Assembly (NCBI GenBank): GCA_036478775.1 | Contig: JAZGEQ010000048.1 | Location: 19,112 to 83,111 of the forward strand | Length of the DNA: 64,000 nucleotides | Reading direction: 5' to 3' | DNA from: Cellulophaga sp. | GTDB taxonomy: Bacteria > Bacteroidota > Bacteroidia > Flavobacteriales > Flavobacteriaceae | In this document: positions 28,284-38,737 of the stretch, one piece after another | Layout of the letters: the number at the start of each line of letters is the position of its first letter | How positions within the stretch are numbered: the first letter of the stretch is position 1 | Translations under genes and position numbers: made by a program | Notes under the pieces: generated by a model | Databases searched by the model: none | The model's input: only the letters and a program-made list of their open reading frames with translations | What the model was told of the DNA's origin: nothing

Positions 28284-28330
28284 GTTTTACTATTTTTTAT
28301 GGATGTTACATATATCAGAAGATTATATTT

Positions 28331-28398
28331 TGTTATTCCTTTGAAAAAAGGAATCTAGGTAGTTTCATGGTGGGTTTCTTTCTTCAAATGGATGACAG
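28331..28398. repeat. REP-like element copy A (TGTYATTCC...GGATGACA)
   Basis: Aligns along its length with 29662-29723. Confidence 0.7.
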
Positions 28399-28502
28399 TT
28401 AGTGTTGTTTTGAAGCACTTACAACCAAAAGTAAAAGGTTCAATTTCACCCTTTCATAAGAAAATGAATTTGCAAAAATTTGCTATTCTCAAAAATTAAT
28501 AG

Positions 28503-28515
28503 TATCATTATGATA
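28503..28515. promoter_or_regulatory. Putative Arc/RHH operator TATCAT-T-ATGATA
   Basis: Perfect palindrome 17 nt upstream of the SPFH start. Confidence 0.45.
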
Positions 28516-28531
28516 TTAAAATAATATTATA

Positions 28532-29383
28532 ATGAAAAAAGAAAATAGAATAAAACCAAAAAGTGGCTATACAATGTTCATGGTATTACTGCTGATTGTA
28601 GTAGTCTTAATTTTGGGAGTTGCGGTTATGAAAAGCCCATTTTTTTTAATCCTAATAATAGGAATCCTGTTTATGTTTAAGGGGTTCTTCGTTGTAAATC
28701 CTAACAATTCTAAAGTGCTTGTGCTTTTTGGGGCATATGAAGGAACGGTTACAGAAAATGGTTTCTTTTGGGCGAATCCTTTTTATACGAGACAAAAAAT
28801 ATCTCTTAGAGCGAGGAATTTTGATAGCGAACGTGTAAAAGTTAATGATAAAATTGGGAATCCAATTTTGATTAACGTTATTTTGGTGTGGAAAGTGAGT
28901 GATACCTATAAGGCAGCTTTTGAAGTGAATCAATATGAAGAATTTGTACGTATTCAAACAGATGCAGCAGTGAGGAAACTTGCAGGTTCATATCCCTATG
29001 ATAATTTTGATGATGCTCAGGCAGAATTAACTTTACGCTCAGGAATGGATGGAGTAAATGAGGCTTTAGAAAATGAGATTACAGAACGGTTGACTATGGC
29101 AGGAATTGAAGTCATGGAAGCAAGAATTGGATATTTGGCTTACGCTCCGGAGATTGCAAGTGCCATGCTAAAAAGACAACAAGCAGTTGCTATTGTTGCT
29201 GCTCGAAAAAAGATTGTAGAAGGTGCAGTTTTAATGGTAGAAGATGCTTTACAACAATTATCGGATAATGGTATTGTTGAATTTGATGAAGACAAAAAAG
29301 CATCTATGGTTAGTAATCTAATGGTGGTGCTTTGTGGAGATAAAGAAGCGATTCCTATTATAAATGCTGGGTCGTTAAACTAG
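28532..29383 (+). CDS. SPFH domain (band 7) membrane protein
   Basis: GFFWANPF, KVNDKIGNPI, EARIGYLAYAPEIASAMLKRQQA. Confidence 0.92.
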   Translation: MKKENRIKPKSGYTMFMVLLLIVVVLILGVAVMKSPFFLILIIGILFMFKGFFVVNPNNSKVLVLFGAYEGTVTENGFFWANPFYTRQKISLRARNFDSERVKVNDKIGNPILINVILVWKVSDTYKAAFEVNQYEEFVRIQTDAAVRKLAGSYPYDNFDDAQAELTLRSGMDGVNEALENEITERLTMAGIEVMEARIGYLAYAPEIASAMLKRQQAVAIVAARKKIVEGAVLMVEDALQQLSDNGIVEFDEDKKASMVSNLMVVLCGDKEAIPIINAGSLN

Positions 29384-29390
29384 AATAAAA

Positions 29391-29576
29391 ATGAGTAAGA
29401 GGAAATCATTTGTATTGCGGATTAATCCGGAAACTTTCAAGTTAATTGAAAAGTGGGCGGATGATGATTTCCGTAGTGTTAATGGACAATTAGAATGGAT
29501 GATTAATAAGTGTCTTAAGGATGCTAAGCGATTAAAACCAAAACCAAAACTTGGAAACTCGAAAGAAAACGAATAA
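29391..29576 (+). CDS. Arc/ribbon-helix-helix DNA-binding protein
   Basis: KSFVLRINP...WADDDFRSVNGQLEW. Confidence 0.85.
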   Translation: MSKRKSFVLRINPETFKLIEKWADDDFRSVNGQLEWMINKCLKDAKRLKPKPKLGNSKENE

Positions 29577-29578
29577 AG

Positions 29579-29605
29579 ATAGCCGCTGTACTGTGGCTAT
29601 TTTTT
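29579..29605 (+). terminator. Intrinsic terminator
   Basis: ATAGCCGC-TGTACT-GTGGCTAT plus T run. Confidence 0.7.
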
Positions 29606-29661
29606 GCAGATAATACCCTCTTGTATTTTTTAGGAGGAACCTGAAATAGTAAGATAGATTT

Positions 29662-29723
29662 TGTCATTCCTAAAGTAATCTATATAGTTTTATGATGGAT
29701 CCCTTTCTTCAAAGGGATGACAG
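29662..29723. repeat. REP-like element copy B
   Basis: TGTCATTCC...GGGATGACA terminal inverted repeat; aligns with 28331-28398. Confidence 0.7.
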
Positions 29724-29758
29724 TAGTACCATTTGTTCACTGTTTTTTTTATCATCAA

Positions 29759-30862
29759 TTATATCTTAATAAACGTATTATTTTTATACATATACCACAG
29801 TAATAAATAGAGAAAGGCAACTCCACTAATAATTGTAATGGCCTCATAAACTTCGCCGGTATATTGTTCTAATCCAAACAGGACGGAATCAGCGATTTGC
29901 GAAAAATCGATTATATGGGATAGAACATATGCGGTGATGGCATTCATGCCAATTATTTTTAGCGGGAAAGCCCATTTCGTTTTTCCTTTAACATCTATAA
30001 TCCAATAGAATAAGGAAAGTAGCATAAAACACACTCCAGAAGAAGCAAGTACAAAAGAGCTTGTCCATATTTTTTTGACAATAGGTTGCCATAATCCCCA
30101 TAACAGTCCTAATACCAATGCTGTAAGACCATAAAGGAATAGTTGTAGCGCTACTTTCTTTCTTGGGAGATTAGATTTTATGATTTCTCCAGCAAATATG
30201 CCTGATAGTGTAGTGGCGATAAAGCCTAAGCCACTAAGAAGCCATGTGTATTGTGTACCGTCATCAAACCTTCCGAGGATCATATGGTCAATGTATAGGG
30301 CAAAGTTTTTACCAGGAAATATCTGGCTTTTCCCCATTTCAGGTATAGAAGGAAGAGCTAGCAATAGTGCATAAAGTATAAGACAGCTAGCAAAAAGAAC
30401 GTAACGCCATTTTTTATTCAAATGAATATAGGCAATACAGTTAAATAGGTAGCCTACGGCAATAGCTTGAAGCGTATTACTGAAAACATGAAACTGAGTA
30501 CTATCCAAAGCTAATAAGTGTCCTTGTACTATCCATCCAAGGATAAATAGAATAAGAAAGCGTCTAAAAAATTTGAGGTATATGGTAGCGATGCTTTTCT
30601 GTTCTTGTACTTTTTTAGATAAAGAAAAGGGGATTACAGCCCCTACTACAAATAGAAATAAAGGCATTATAATATCGTAGAAAGTGGATCCAAGCCATTC
30701 CGGATGATCAAATTGTGTTGCTAAGAACCCTGTGAGAGGAGAATTTACGCCTTCATGTAAAGAATGAAAAAATTGATCTATTCCAATAATAAACAACATA
30801 TCGAAACCTCTTAGAGCATCGATGGAACGAATTCGTTCCGATTTTAGTAAACTGGCTGGCAT
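29759..30862 (-). CDS. HGSNAT-like/DUF5009 membrane acyltransferase
   Basis: RIRSIDALRGFDM, DIIMPLFLFVVG, PIVKKIWTSSFVL, IGMNAITAY. Confidence 0.85.
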   Translation of the reverse strand: MPASLLKSERIRSIDALRGFDMLFIIGIDQFFHSLHEGVNSPLTGFLATQFDHPEWLGSTFYDIIMPLFLFVVGAVIPFSLSKKVQEQKSIATIYLKFFRRFLILFILGWIVQGHLLALDSTQFHVFSNTLQAIAVGYLFNCIAYIHLNKKWRYVLFASCLILYALLLALPSIPEMGKSQIFPGKNFALYIDHMILGRFDDGTQYTWLLSGLGFIATTLSGIFAGEIIKSNLPRKKVALQLFLYGLTALVLGLLWGLWQPIVKKIWTSSFVLASSGVCFMLLSLFYWIIDVKGKTKWAFPLKIIGMNAITAYVLSHIIDFSQIADSVLFGLEQYTGEVYEAITIISGVAFLYLLLWYMYKNNTFIKI

Positions 30863-30995
30863 AAGGTTGGTTGTTGAACTATATTAAGTATTAAACTTAT
30901 TATTATTTGAACTAGTATGAAATTGGATTGGTTATTCTTTTAGTTTATTACAATAAAAAGGGAACTTTTATAGCTGTAAATTTAAAAGATAATTA

Positions 30996-31024
30996 ATACT
31001 ACGTGCCCTTAGGTCGAGGCCATT
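30996..31024. repeat. REP-like hairpin related to 17562-17590
   Basis: 23/29 identity to 17562-17590. Confidence 0.6.
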
Positions 31025-31045
31025 TATTCGCAAAATATTGTGGAT

Positions 31046-31077
31046 AAAAAAAGCCCTATCACGGAATGATAAGGCTT
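31046..31077 (-). terminator. Terminator after the cold-shock gene
   Basis: Minus strand AAGCC.TATCA-loop-TGATA.GGCTT plus T run. Confidence 0.7.
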
Positions 31078-31103
31078 CTATAAAAAAATTAAAAAGTATA
31101 TTA

Positions 31104-31295
31104 TTAGATAACTTTCACATTTACTGCGTTTAATCCTTTTTTACCTTCTTGTAGGTCGAATTCAACGTCATCGCCTTCACGAATCTCGTCAATTAATCCA
31201 GAAATATGCACAAAATGATCTTTGTCCATACCTTCTTCAGTGATAAATCCAAATCCTTTAGCGTCATTGAAGAATTTTACTGTTCCTTTACTCAT
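31104..31295 (-). CDS. Cold-shock protein (CspA family)
   Basis: GTVKFFN..KGFGFI (RNP1) and FVHIS (RNP2); TATCTTTG promoter at 31329-31336. Confidence 0.97.
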   Translation of the reverse strand: MSKGTVKFFNDAKGFGFITEEGMDKDHFVHISGLIDEIREGDDVEFDLQEGKKGLNAVNVKVI

Positions 31296-31554
31296 TGTTA
31301 AAATTTAAAATTAATATGTACTATAGTACAAAGATAATACCAAAATTGTAATAGCAAGTGTTTAGAGCGTTTTTTTTTACCCTTAAATGCCTATTTGCGA
31401 CCTTTTATCTGTGTTCTTGTAGTGTTTACTACTAAAACTCGGCATTTATTTCTCTCATTTTTTTTCTATTTAAGTATGTTATAGCACATTAAGAGTCCTA
31501 GAATGTGTTGTTTAGCTTATTCTTTACACTACATTTTTTTATGTTTAAAGCAAA

Positions 31555-32625
31555 TTAGTAAAGTAAAAATGAAATAAATAGCATAAAAAAAGCGGCTATA
31601 GGTATTACTATGGTCATATAAATAAAGGATAAAATGACAGCTTTAAATATAGATGCAAAAAAGCTTTGTTCGTAAAAACGCCGTAAGCTTAGGACTAAAT
31701 AGAAGAAAGTAGAGAAGACTATGAGCGTATCAATCCAATCAGGAATTTCGAAGAATAAATTTATCAAAGATAAGAACGTTACTACAACAAACATAAACGT
31801 AAAGTAATAAAAACTAAACACCATATGATGTGAAAAATGTCCTTTTTTGTAATACATAATTTTCAATAGAAGAGCGAAAAGAGGTAACAAAAAGAACATT
31901 GAAATAGGTATGGTATCGTAAAACGATTTTAATATTCCTCCTCCTTGTTGTTCGTATATTTTTAACCCTTGTTTTGTAACTAGTCTTTTAAAGCTGTTAG
32001 TGTCTTCAGAAACTCCTAGTACGGTTAATTTTTCATTCAAAGAAGCATCAATCTTAATAAGAGAATCTAATTTGTTTTTGTTTATTGAAAAATCGTTATA
32101 TTTTATATTGACAGTTGAGTCTGTTAAAAAGGAATCAACAACCATTAATCTATCTTTTTGTATTTCAGATAAAGAAGTAAATGCAGAATCTTTTTTTATG
32201 CTGTCGAACATAGCTTGCACTTCTTTGGCCTCATTAGCAGGTATTGCAATAGTGTTAGTGGAATCACTGAAGTCTATGTTAATTTCTTGTTTTATTATAG
32301 CATCTAAATCTTGTTGGTGCTGTCTTGTGACAATGGAGAACAAAAAGAAAAACACCACAGAAATAAAAAGATAAAATTGAGCAGGATGTAAATATCTTAG
32401 TCTTTTACCATCTACAAATTTTCTAGCCAAATCTCCTGGTTTAAACATTAGAGGGATAAAACTTCTAAAAAACCGAGCATCTACAGAAAAATAATTACTT
32501 ATGGTGTTACTAAATAAAACACCCATGGTAAGTTCATCATTAGACTTTTGTCCACAATTTGGACAATAATTGTAGGAATCATTAAATTCTAAATCACAAT
32601 TTTTACAAAGAAATTTTTTACTCAT
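31555..32625 (-). CDS. DUF3667 membrane protein with an N-terminal zinc ribbon
   Basis: CKNC...YCPNCGQ, PG.L...FVDGKR.RYL.P motif, multiple TM segments. Confidence 0.85.
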   Translation of the reverse strand: MSKKFLCKNCDLEFNDSYNYCPNCGQKSNDELTMGVLFSNTISNYFSVDARFFRSFIPLMFKPGDLARKFVDGKRLRYLHPAQFYLFISVVFFFLFSIVTRQHQQDLDAIIKQEINIDFSDSTNTIAIPANEAKEVQAMFDSIKKDSAFTSLSEIQKDRLMVVDSFLTDSTVNIKYNDFSINKNKLDSLIKIDASLNEKLTVLGVSEDTNSFKRLVTKQGLKIYEQQGGGILKSFYDTIPISMFFLLPLFALLLKIMYYKKGHFSHHMVFSFYYFTFMFVVVTFLSLINLFFEIPDWIDTLIVFSTFFYLVLSLRRFYEQSFFASIFKAVILSFIYMTIVIPIAAFFMLFISFLLY

Positions 32626-32784
32626 AGTCCTGTTTTAAAATAAAATAGCATCAAAAAAAAGAATAGACACTAATTTTTGATGCGATTAAGATACTACTTT
32701 GTATGCAATTGAACAGGTGAAACATTTATAAACAATGCTTCGAGGATGGTTAGTTGCAAAAAACGGCTTAGTTAATATATGTAT

Positions 32785-33489
32785 TTACTGGCCGCTTATT
32801 TTTGTTAATTCCCACCAAGATAAAAGTTTTCCTTTTTTGTTATAGCTTTCAGATTTAATAATACCAATACCTTTTACATACCATTCTATTCCACTACCTT
32901 TCATTTTGATGAAACCTAATTTAAATTCATAATCAAAGGACATTTTATAGCCATCAAAGCTACCAGCCTTAGTTGTTAATTTTGTTCCTTCTAACACTTT
33001 TCTGTTAAATATTTTAGTAGTAGAGGATAAGATACTTACCTCGCTAGTCCCAATTTTTAGCGTGACTTCACCATTTTCTAGGGATTGTCCCTCGGTGAGT
33101 TCTGAAGGGAATAGAAGAAAATCCCCAGAGGCTTCTATTTTGAGTCCACCATTTTTATTCTCTCCTTGTTGCTGTTGGGGAATATAGCTATTCATATCTA
33201 TAAAGAAGTTTCCGTTTTTACATTTTAAAGCATAGGAAATTACCGCATCGGTATTTTTACTCTTTTTTGTAAATACCTTTGAGGATTCTAAATTCATAAT
33301 AAAAAAACCATCTTCGTTTTCTGTTGAAGTGATGGTGTGATTTTGAATAAATTCTACCTTTCCTTTTTTGTTGTAATGTGTTTGTTCTAGCTTCATTCCA
33401 GCCTTCATTGGAGAAATGGCTTCACAATTTTGTGCAGAAGTAAAAGATATAAAACAGATAAATAAAAGAGATGCAATAATTTTTTTCAT
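32785..33489 (-). CDS. Exported protein (DUF3108/TapB-like)
   Basis: Signal peptide; TTKAGSFD and EWYVKGIGIIKSE motifs. Confidence 0.6.
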   Translation of the reverse strand: MKKIIASLLFICFISFTSAQNCEAISPMKAGMKLEQTHYNKKGKVEFIQNHTITSTENEDGFFIMNLESSKVFTKKSKNTDAVISYALKCKNGNFFIDMNSYIPQQQQGENKNGGLKIEASGDFLLFPSELTEGQSLENGEVTLKIGTSEVSILSSTTKIFNRKVLEGTKLTTKAGSFDGYKMSFDYEFKLGFIKMKGSGIEWYVKGIGIIKSESYNKKGKLLSWWELTKISGQ

Positions 33490-33577
33490 AATAGTTATAG
33501 TTATTCCCGTTGTGGGGCTTATACTCCGACGTTTGTGTCGAAAATAAATAGTTTGTTTACTTTAAAATCAAGACGGA

Positions 33578-34912
33578 TTACAGAAGACCTCTGGCCTTTA
33601 TTTCCAAATACTTATTAATGGTATTAATGGTAAGGTCTTGTGGATTGGTTAGTATGGTTTGTATACCATGTTTTTGTAGTTGACTTACAATAAGATTTTT
33701 TTCGTAAACAAATTTTTCTGCGATAGTTTTTTGGAAAATCTGTTGTGAATTGGTTACTTTTTTATTGGCGAATTTAATTAATTCTGTGTTTTTAAAAAAG
33801 ATAACGACCAAAAGATGTTGCTTTGTGATAGCTTGCAAGTAGGGGAGTTGCCTGTTTAGGGCATCCATAGTTTCAAAATTTGTATAGAGAAGAATTAAGC
33901 CCCTTTGGGTAATATTCCTTTTAATGTCTATATACAATCTACTAAAATCACTTTCTACAAAATCGGTTTTTATGCTGTAAAGAGTTTCTAGAATTCTATT
34001 CATTTGGGAACTACGTCTGTCGGCAACAACTCTATTACCAATAGAATTCGAAAAGGTAAACATACCAGCTTTATCTTGTTTTTTTATTGCAATACTAGAG
34101 ATAACTAAAGTTGCATTAATGGCATAATCTAATAGGCTTAATTCCTCAAAAGGCATTTTCATAACTCTACCAGTATCTATAACTGAATAAATAGGTTGTG
34201 ATTTTTCGTCCTGGTACTGGTTTACCATTAATTGGTTTTTCTTAGCAGTAGCTTTCCAGTTAATATTTCTAATATCATCCCCTTGAACATACTCTTTAAT
34301 TTGTTCAAACTCCATCGTATGGCCAATTCTCCTGATTTTTTTTAAACCAAATTCAAACAGCCTGTTTGTAAAAGCAATTAGATTGTACTTTTTTAATTGT
34401 AGGAAAGAAGGATAGACGGGGACCTCATATTGTCCGTTAAAAATGTATCTTCTAGATATAAAACCAATAGGAGATTTTACAAAAACATTTAGGTTTCCAA
34501 AAGAATACACACCTCTTTCTGTTGGTTTAAGAGAATAGGTGAAATTTTTAGATGCACTGGATTTTATTGTAGTATCAATTTTAAAATCTCTCTTTTGAAA
34601 TTGAAAAGGAATTTCATCAATAAGCGTTATACTGCTTGTGAAAAAGTAATTGTTGGTTACGGAAATTTTTAAAATGTTTTCATCGCCATTGGATAGTTTT
34701 TCAGGAACTAATCGTTCTGCATAAACGGTTCCTTTAGAGATAAAAATCAGAATAAAATCTACAATTAAGAATAATAAAACGATATAGAAAACGATTTTTA
34801 TAACGCCAAATAAGGCTACAATCATATAGGACAAAATGAGCAATGCTACAATTGTGGCTATGACGATAAAAAATCGTGGATTTATATATAGATTTTTAAA
34901 GAATTTCTTCAC
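33578..34912 (-). CDS. DUF58 (vWA-like) protein
   Basis: EFEQIKEYVQGDDIRNINWKATA, DTGRVM. Confidence 0.92.
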   Translation of the reverse strand: MKKFFKNLYINPRFFIVIATIVALLILSYMIVALFGVIKIVFYIVLLFLIVDFILIFISKGTVYAERLVPEKLSNGDENILKISVTNNYFFTSSITLIDEIPFQFQKRDFKIDTTIKSSASKNFTYSLKPTERGVYSFGNLNVFVKSPIGFISRRYIFNGQYEVPVYPSFLQLKKYNLIAFTNRLFEFGLKKIRRIGHTMEFEQIKEYVQGDDIRNINWKATAKKNQLMVNQYQDEKSQPIYSVIDTGRVMKMPFEELSLLDYAINATLVISSIAIKKQDKAGMFTFSNSIGNRVVADRRSSQMNRILETLYSIKTDFVESDFSRLYIDIKRNITQRGLILLYTNFETMDALNRQLPYLQAITKQHLLVVIFFKNTELIKFANKKVTNSQQIFQKTIAEKFVYEKNLIVSQLQKHGIQTILTNPQDLTINTINKYLEIKARGLL

Positions 34913-35898
34913 TATCTAGGAATTTCTATAGTTTCTATAAGTTGCTGAATTACTTTTTCCGTGGTGTAACCTTCCATTTCTCGTTCTGGAGTTACTATTA
35001 TTCTATGGCCTAAAATTGGAAAGGCAATCTTTTTAATGTCTTCGGGTGTTACGAAATCTCTTCCATTTATTGCCGCAAGAGCTTTGGAAGCATTCATTAT
35101 TGCAATAGAAGCTCTAGGCGAAGCGCCTAAATATAGATTGGCGTTATTACGGGTATTGTTAACGATAGTGGCAATGTATTTTATTAAATTATCCTCTATT
35201 ATAATATCTTGAATTGTACTTTGGTATTCCGCTATTTGCTTTGCTGTTAGTGTTGATTTTACAAGAGATTCTTCAGCTACATTTTTTTGTTGGTGCTTGC
35301 TCTCCAGAATTTTTATTTCTTCCTCTAAAGAAGGGTAATCTACTTTTATTTTAAACAAAAAACGATCTAATTGTGCTTCAGGTAATCGGTATGTTCCTTC
35401 TTGTTCAATAGGATTCTGTGTTGCGAAAACTAAAAAAGGAGCTTCTAGTTTAAAAGTATTATTATCTATGGTGATTTGTCTTTCTGCCATAGCTTCAAAT
35501 AAGGCAGCCTGAGTTTTTGCTGGAGCCCTGTTTATTTCATCAATTAATATAATATTAGAAAATATTGGTCCTTTTTTAAATTCGAATTCCGAAGTTTTCA
35601 CATTAAAAATAGAAGTTCCAAGAATATCACTAGGCATTAAATCTGGCGTAAATTGAATTCTATTAAAATCGACATTCATTGTTTTGGCAAGTAGTTTGGC
35701 TGTAACGGTTTTTGCAACACCAGGAACACCTTCGATTAAAGAATGACCGTTTGCAAGTATTGATATAATCAGTAATTCGATCATATTATGTTGCCCAATG
35801 ATGACTTTTCCTAACTCCAATTTAATGGCAGTAACAGCTTTTTGTAATTCTTGTAAATCTACTCGGCTATTAAATTCTAAAGGATTTTGTTCTTCCAT
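34912..35898 (-). CDS. MoxR family AAA+ ATPase
   Basis: EGVPGVAKT, RIQFTPDLMPSDI, DEINRAPAKTQ, ATQNPIEQEGTYRLPEAQLDRF. Confidence 0.95.
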   Translation of the reverse strand: MEEQNPLEFNSRVDLQELQKAVTAIKLELGKVIIGQHNMIELLIISILANGHSLIEGVPGVAKTVTAKLLAKTMNVDFNRIQFTPDLMPSDILGTSIFNVKTSEFEFKKGPIFSNIILIDEINRAPAKTQAALFEAMAERQITIDNNTFKLEAPFLVFATQNPIEQEGTYRLPEAQLDRFLFKIKVDYPSLEEEIKILESKHQQKNVAEESLVKSTLTAKQIAEYQSTIQDIIIEDNLIKYIATIVNNTRNNANLYLGASPRASIAIMNASKALAAINGRDFVTPEDIKKIAFPILGHRIIVTPEREMEGYTTEKVIQQLIETIEIPR

Positions 35899-35902
35899 GA
35901 TT

Positions 35903-37081
35903 TTATTTTTTAAAGGCTGCTATTTTTTTATTTAGAGCAATTAAATCGTGCTCCGTATTTATTTTTTTATTTTTTAGATGTATTAGGTACTCCAAGAGTT
36001 CTTTGCACTCCGCTATAGTTTTTCCAGATTTAGCTGCTAAATTTGCTGCCGTTTTTTCTGTTATAGAGGTAATATTAAGGTAATAGTTGGTGCGAATAAA
36101 AGCTGTAAAAAAGTTACTTTTCTTTGCGATAATATCATTAAAATCTCTGTGTTGATAATATAGAGTACCAACAGTTTTTGCGAATTCTACAGAGGAGTTT
36201 TTTAAGGGTTCTATGACTGGGATAATTCGTTGGTTTCGTTTCGCTCTAAAAATAACAAAGAGCAATAGACAGATGATAGTGGTGTAGTATGCCCATTTTA
36301 AAGAGGCTTGCGTAAGTACAAAGCGCATAGGAGATTTTATAACCACTCTACCCTCTTTTTTATAATCATCCCATATAATTGGGGCATCATTTAAGTAGGA
36401 AAAGGCATTTGCAATATACTGTGTGTTTCCTTTCAGCATATAATAATTTCCAAAAGCCTGTGGTGTCGTATTAATTAGGAACTTTCCCTTTCCAAAAGGC
36501 ATTTCTATAAAGTTAATTTCTTTATTCTCGTCTTCTATTTTGGTATACGAAAGAACTTTAGCCTTTACCGTATCAATTTTATTAAAGTAAGTGTTATTTA
36601 GACCTTTAGAAAAGAGGTGTTTTTTACTAGAAAAATGTTTATTTGTATAGGTTATAGCAATGGTGTCTTCTATAATACCATAGTTTCTTGTTGCATTGAT
36701 GTTTAAAGTATCTGCTAGGACACCACTAAAATAGGTAGCTGCCAAAAACACAGTATTTCCTTTTGCTGCATATTCTAAGAGTTTATTAGACTCTTGTTTA
36801 TCAAAAGCTAAGTGGGTATTTATAAAGATGTAATTGGACAGTTCTGGAAGTTTTTCTTCTGTTAGAATTTGGTAACAGCTTTTGTTAAAAACCGTAATTT
36901 TTCTATTGGGAAAAAGAGAAGGTAATTCTTGTGTAAGAATGTGAGAGCCAAAAGGTCTTTTGTGGTAAGAGGTATAGGACGAAGACCAGTTAATAGGTTT
37001 AGGACGCACAAATTCTGTTACTATTATAGTAAGCAGCACAGTAGCGAAAATTCCAATTATTATTTTTAATCTTTTATCCAA
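35903..37081 (-). CDS. DUF4350 protein
   Basis: N-terminal TM, GNTVFLAA, C-terminal TM then RNQRIIP and EFAKTVGTLYY; operon context. Confidence 0.8.
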   Translation of the reverse strand: MDKRLKIIIGIFATVLLTIIVTEFVRPKPINWSSSYTSYHKRPFGSHILTQELPSLFPNRKITVFNKSCYQILTEEKLPELSNYIFINTHLAFDKQESNKLLEYAAKGNTVFLAATYFSGVLADTLNINATRNYGIIEDTIAITYTNKHFSSKKHLFSKGLNNTYFNKIDTVKAKVLSYTKIEDENKEINFIEMPFGKGKFLINTTPQAFGNYYMLKGNTQYIANAFSYLNDAPIIWDDYKKEGRVVIKSPMRFVLTQASLKWAYYTTIICLLLFVIFRAKRNQRIIPVIEPLKNSSVEFAKTVGTLYYQHRDFNDIIAKKSNFFTAFIRTNYYLNITSITEKTAANLAAKSGKTIAECKELLEYLIHLKNKKINTEHDLIALNKKIAAFKK

Positions 37082-37083
37082 CG

Positions 37084-37809
37084 TTAACTTTTCAATAAAT
37101 TGTTTAATACTGCAAATCTGTTGTTTGTAATAACGTAAATTTTTTCATCAATTTCTAGTTCTCCATACCATATATATTCATAAGCATAGGATACTTTTTG
37201 AAAAGCATCTTTTAGGTCTTTGTTTTCTATTTCTTGAAGGTAATCAGAATTGGTTTTGTCAAAATGCCAGTTAATAATTTCTTCAAGAGAGAGAAGTTTT
37301 AATGCTTTTAAATATTGATATCTTACAGCCAATCTATAATCCTTAGTTTTTAAAGCATCCTTAATTAAAGTATCTATATCGATGTTTTCTATATGTTCTT
37401 CGGACAAGTTTATATCTGCAATAGGCACAGCTTTTTTTGTAAAAAGAACATTCATTCGTTCATTTATAAAAAAACGAATTAGCAAATAAATAACCAGAAT
37501 GCTCATGACAGCATAAATAGAATATTCAATAATTTTCAACAAATTAGGGGGAATATTGAACCCAAAAGAGTCTTTAAAGAACTTGGATACCCAGTCTAGT
37601 GCTCTGGTGAGTAAATTTTGAGCGTCACCTTCATTACTATCATAATTATAGGCATCTCCCGTATACTTTTTGTCAAATCCTTTTTCAAATTGTCTAACGG
37701 TAATAGTAGAATCGGTATCTATAGCAATAGTTAGGCTATCCTTTTCTTGAAAAGCATGGGCAACCGAAGTTATTAATATAAGTAGTAAGAGGTATATTTT
37801 TTTAAGCAC
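37084..37809 (-). CDS. DUF4129 protein
   Basis: YRLAVRYQYL, KTNSDYLQEI, YEYIWYG motifs. Confidence 0.8.
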   Translation of the reverse strand: MLKKIYLLLLILITSVAHAFQEKDSLTIAIDTDSTITVRQFEKGFDKKYTGDAYNYDSNEGDAQNLLTRALDWVSKFFKDSFGFNIPPNLLKIIEYSIYAVMSILVIYLLIRFFINERMNVLFTKKAVPIADINLSEEHIENIDIDTLIKDALKTKDYRLAVRYQYLKALKLLSLEEIINWHFDKTNSDYLQEIENKDLKDAFQKVSYAYEYIWYGELEIDEKIYVITNNRFAVLNNLLKS

Positions 37810-38737
37810 CCAAATTTCCTATTTGATCTATTTTATTTCTAGTGTTGGTGTTGTATGTTTTCTCATGCAAAGTAAAGTATAAAATACCATTTATAAATTG
37901 AGATAAACAATGGGAAAAGGTAATGACAATTAGGATGGAACACATGCCTAAAGTGTAAATTATTTTCGTGACAATATCAGTTGTATATGCCACATCATTT
38001 TCTACTACATGCCAAGTATAGAGTCCGATAAGAATTCCAGGAATCATTAAAACTAAAAGAATCAATATGCCAATCAATATGCCCAGGATAAGATTTACGC
38101 CAACGGATTTCCAAAAGTTTTTAGTAACTAAATGCCATCCTTCGCTAAAAGAATCTCCAATATCTTTTCCTTCTTTAAGCATAACAAAAAAGGAAACACC
38201 TATCCATGCGGCAAGAAAGAACTGAAGTATGTATTGGGCAAATATTCCAATAATTGGAATAATAGCACAAATTACACTAACAATCATAAAGCCAATGTAT
38301 ATTGGAATAAGTATTAATACAAAAAGTATAATTTTCCCTAATTTATCTTTTACGAAACTCCATACGTTTGTTTTGTCAAAATCATTGCCATTTGCACTGT
38401 CGTAGTGTATCATATAGGAAGTAGATAGACTATAGTTTAATAAGGCAGTAACTAGGAAGATAATAAAGAATAAAATAGCACTGAAACCAATATACATATA
38501 GTAAGACATATTGTTATCTGAAGCCGAAAAAGCGTTAGAATTTTCTTGGTGAATAAGACCAATAGCACCAGATACAAGAAGGTAGCTAATGATTAGTAAG
38601 CCAATAAGAAATATACCATTATAACGGATAAACACATTGGAGAATTTCTTTATATTTTGCTTAAAAAAGTCAAAGTAAATAGTGATAATATCGCCAAAAT
38701 CACGATTTATTTTAAGCTCTAAGTATTTGTTCTGCAT
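37802..38737 (-). CDS. Multi-pass membrane protein of the MoxR locus
   Basis: RDFGDII N-terminus, about six TM segments, overlaps both neighbours. Confidence 0.75.
   Translation of the reverse strand: MQNKYLELKINRDFGDIITIYFDFFKQNIKKFSNVFIRYNGIFLIGLLIISYLLVSGAIGLIHQENSNAFSASDNNMSYYMYIGFSAILFFIIFLVTALLNYSLSTSYMIHYDSANGNDFDKTNVWSFVKDKLGKIILFVLILIPIYIGFMIVSVICAIIPIIGIFAQYILQFFLAAWIGVSFFVMLKEGKDIGDSFSEGWHLVTKNFWKSVGVNLILGILIGILILLVLMIPGILIGLYTWHVVENDVAYTTDIVTKIIYTLGMCSILIVITFSHCLSQFINGILYFTLHEKTYNTNTRNKIDQIGNLGA

Noticed and set aside
31039-31047. Perfect DnaA box TGTGGATAA and possible oriC
   Set aside because: A single copy is roughly what chance gives in 64 kb of AT-rich DNA; no box cluster
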